From the NCBI RefSeq assembly GCF_020745735.1, contig NC_083412.1, forward strand, positions 66,678,320 through 66,742,319: a stretch of DNA of 64,000 nucleotides. The letters run 5' to 3'. Within the stretch, counting starts at the first letter, position 1. Every line of letters starts with the position of its first letter. Below, piece by piece: positions 63,118 through 64,000 of this stretch. A program made the translations under genes and the position numbers. The stretch is from Hemiscyllium ocellatum. Lineage: Eukaryota. The notes under the pieces were generated by a model that was not told the DNA's origin, searched no databases, and saw nothing but the letters and a program-made list of their open reading frames with translations.

Positions 63118-63432
63118 AGATTAGATTAGATTACTTACAGTGTGGAAACAGGCCCTTCGGCCCAACAAGTCCACACTGACCCGCCGAAGCGCAACCCACC
63201 CATACCCCTACATTTACCCCTTACCTAACACTACGGGCAATTTTAGATGGCCAATTCACCTGACCTGCACATCTTTGGACTGTGGGAGGAAACCGGAGCA
63301 CCCAGAGGAAACCCACGCAGACACGGGGAGAACGTGTAAACTCCACACAGTCAGTCGCCTGAGTCGGGAATTGAACCCGGGTCTCAGGTGCTGTGAGGCA
63401 GCAGTGCTAACCACTGTGCCACCGTGCCGCCC
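63118..63432 (-). mobile_element. Full-length, young HE1-type SINE
   Basis: Intact A/B boxes (ggcacagtggttagc, ggttcaattcc), CpG-rich, (ctaat)n tail. Confidence 0.95.
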
Positions 63433-64000
63433 CTTCACATTGAAGTTCATAAATTCACAATTCCTTCCTTTTTTTTATTGTGCATGTTTAAACATGTGAA
63501 TGATAGGGCAATTCAATTCCTCTTCATTTTGAATGTCTTGTTAATGACCCCACCTTTTGATTTCACCTGAAAGCATTTTTCTATGAATTTATTTTTAAAA
63601 TTGAAACTCAAGAAAATAGGATTTTGGAAAGCCCTTTTGATCGACCTCAGAAAGGCAGGACTAAAAAGGGAGAGGAGTAAAACAAACAATGCCTCACTTG
63701 GGCTTAACAATAGAACAGTAATCATTTTAACTTCACCCCCCATTCTCTCTGTGCCTGTGACAAAGGACTGGACTGATATCTGAAAATGACTTGGTGCATG
63801 GTAGGGTACAGGGTGCAAAGGTTTGGATGCGCTCAACTTTATGTAGGGCAAAAGATGGCTGGCTGACTACGAATTTGATGTCTCATTTATTTATAATATT
63901 GGGACTTCAAAACAGAGGCACTTGGGTGTTTTTTTTCTATGGGCGTTTTGTTCCGTAGCCCTGTTCCCTGTTGTAATAATAGCAAATTACTATTGATGCT

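Noticed and set aside
13625-63432. tRNA genes
   Set aside because: A/B-box sequences occur only as SINE heads fused to the SINE core; no free-standing cloverleaf seen.
907-63499. Most entries in the ORF track, including long Pro/Gly-rich ORFs and SINE-derived ORFs (e.g. 39712..40053, 63140..63499)
   Set aside because: They are alternative-frame or antisense translations of PLE, CR1 and HE1 SINE repeats and recur near-identically across copies.
1-64000. CRISPR arrays, rRNA genes, prokaryotic or phage systems
   Set aside because: No regularly spaced repeat-spacer array or operon-like ORFs; the window is eukaryotic with spliceosomal introns.

Overview
AT-rich, repeat-dense vertebrate DNA. The repeats (HE1-type tRNA-derived SINEs, many CR1 LINEs, Penelope-like GIY-YIG retroelements) point to a shark or other elasmobranch genome; this is inferred from recognising the families. 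Most of the 64 kb is decayed mobile DNA: CR1, Penelope-like elements (PLEs), SINEs, one Rex1/Babar fragment, one RTE fragment, a solo LTR and a near full-length, inactivated ERV env. One complete host gene can be assembled by hand on the minus strand (47356 to 40647). It has a leader exon, a single-exon V domain with CD28/CTLA-4-like features (extra Cys pair, YIPPP loop), an antigen-receptor-type C1 exon, an uncharged TM exon and a tail with YxN and ITIM-like motifs. All introns are GT-AG, phase 1. This non-rearranging VJ-C1 receptor is the main finding. Secondary findings: PLE insertions carrying inverted copies of adjacent DNA, short palindromic retroposons with hammerhead-ribozyme cores on both strands, and hammerhead cores in PLE termini. 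Repeat boundaries are read by eye and approximate. No database search was run.
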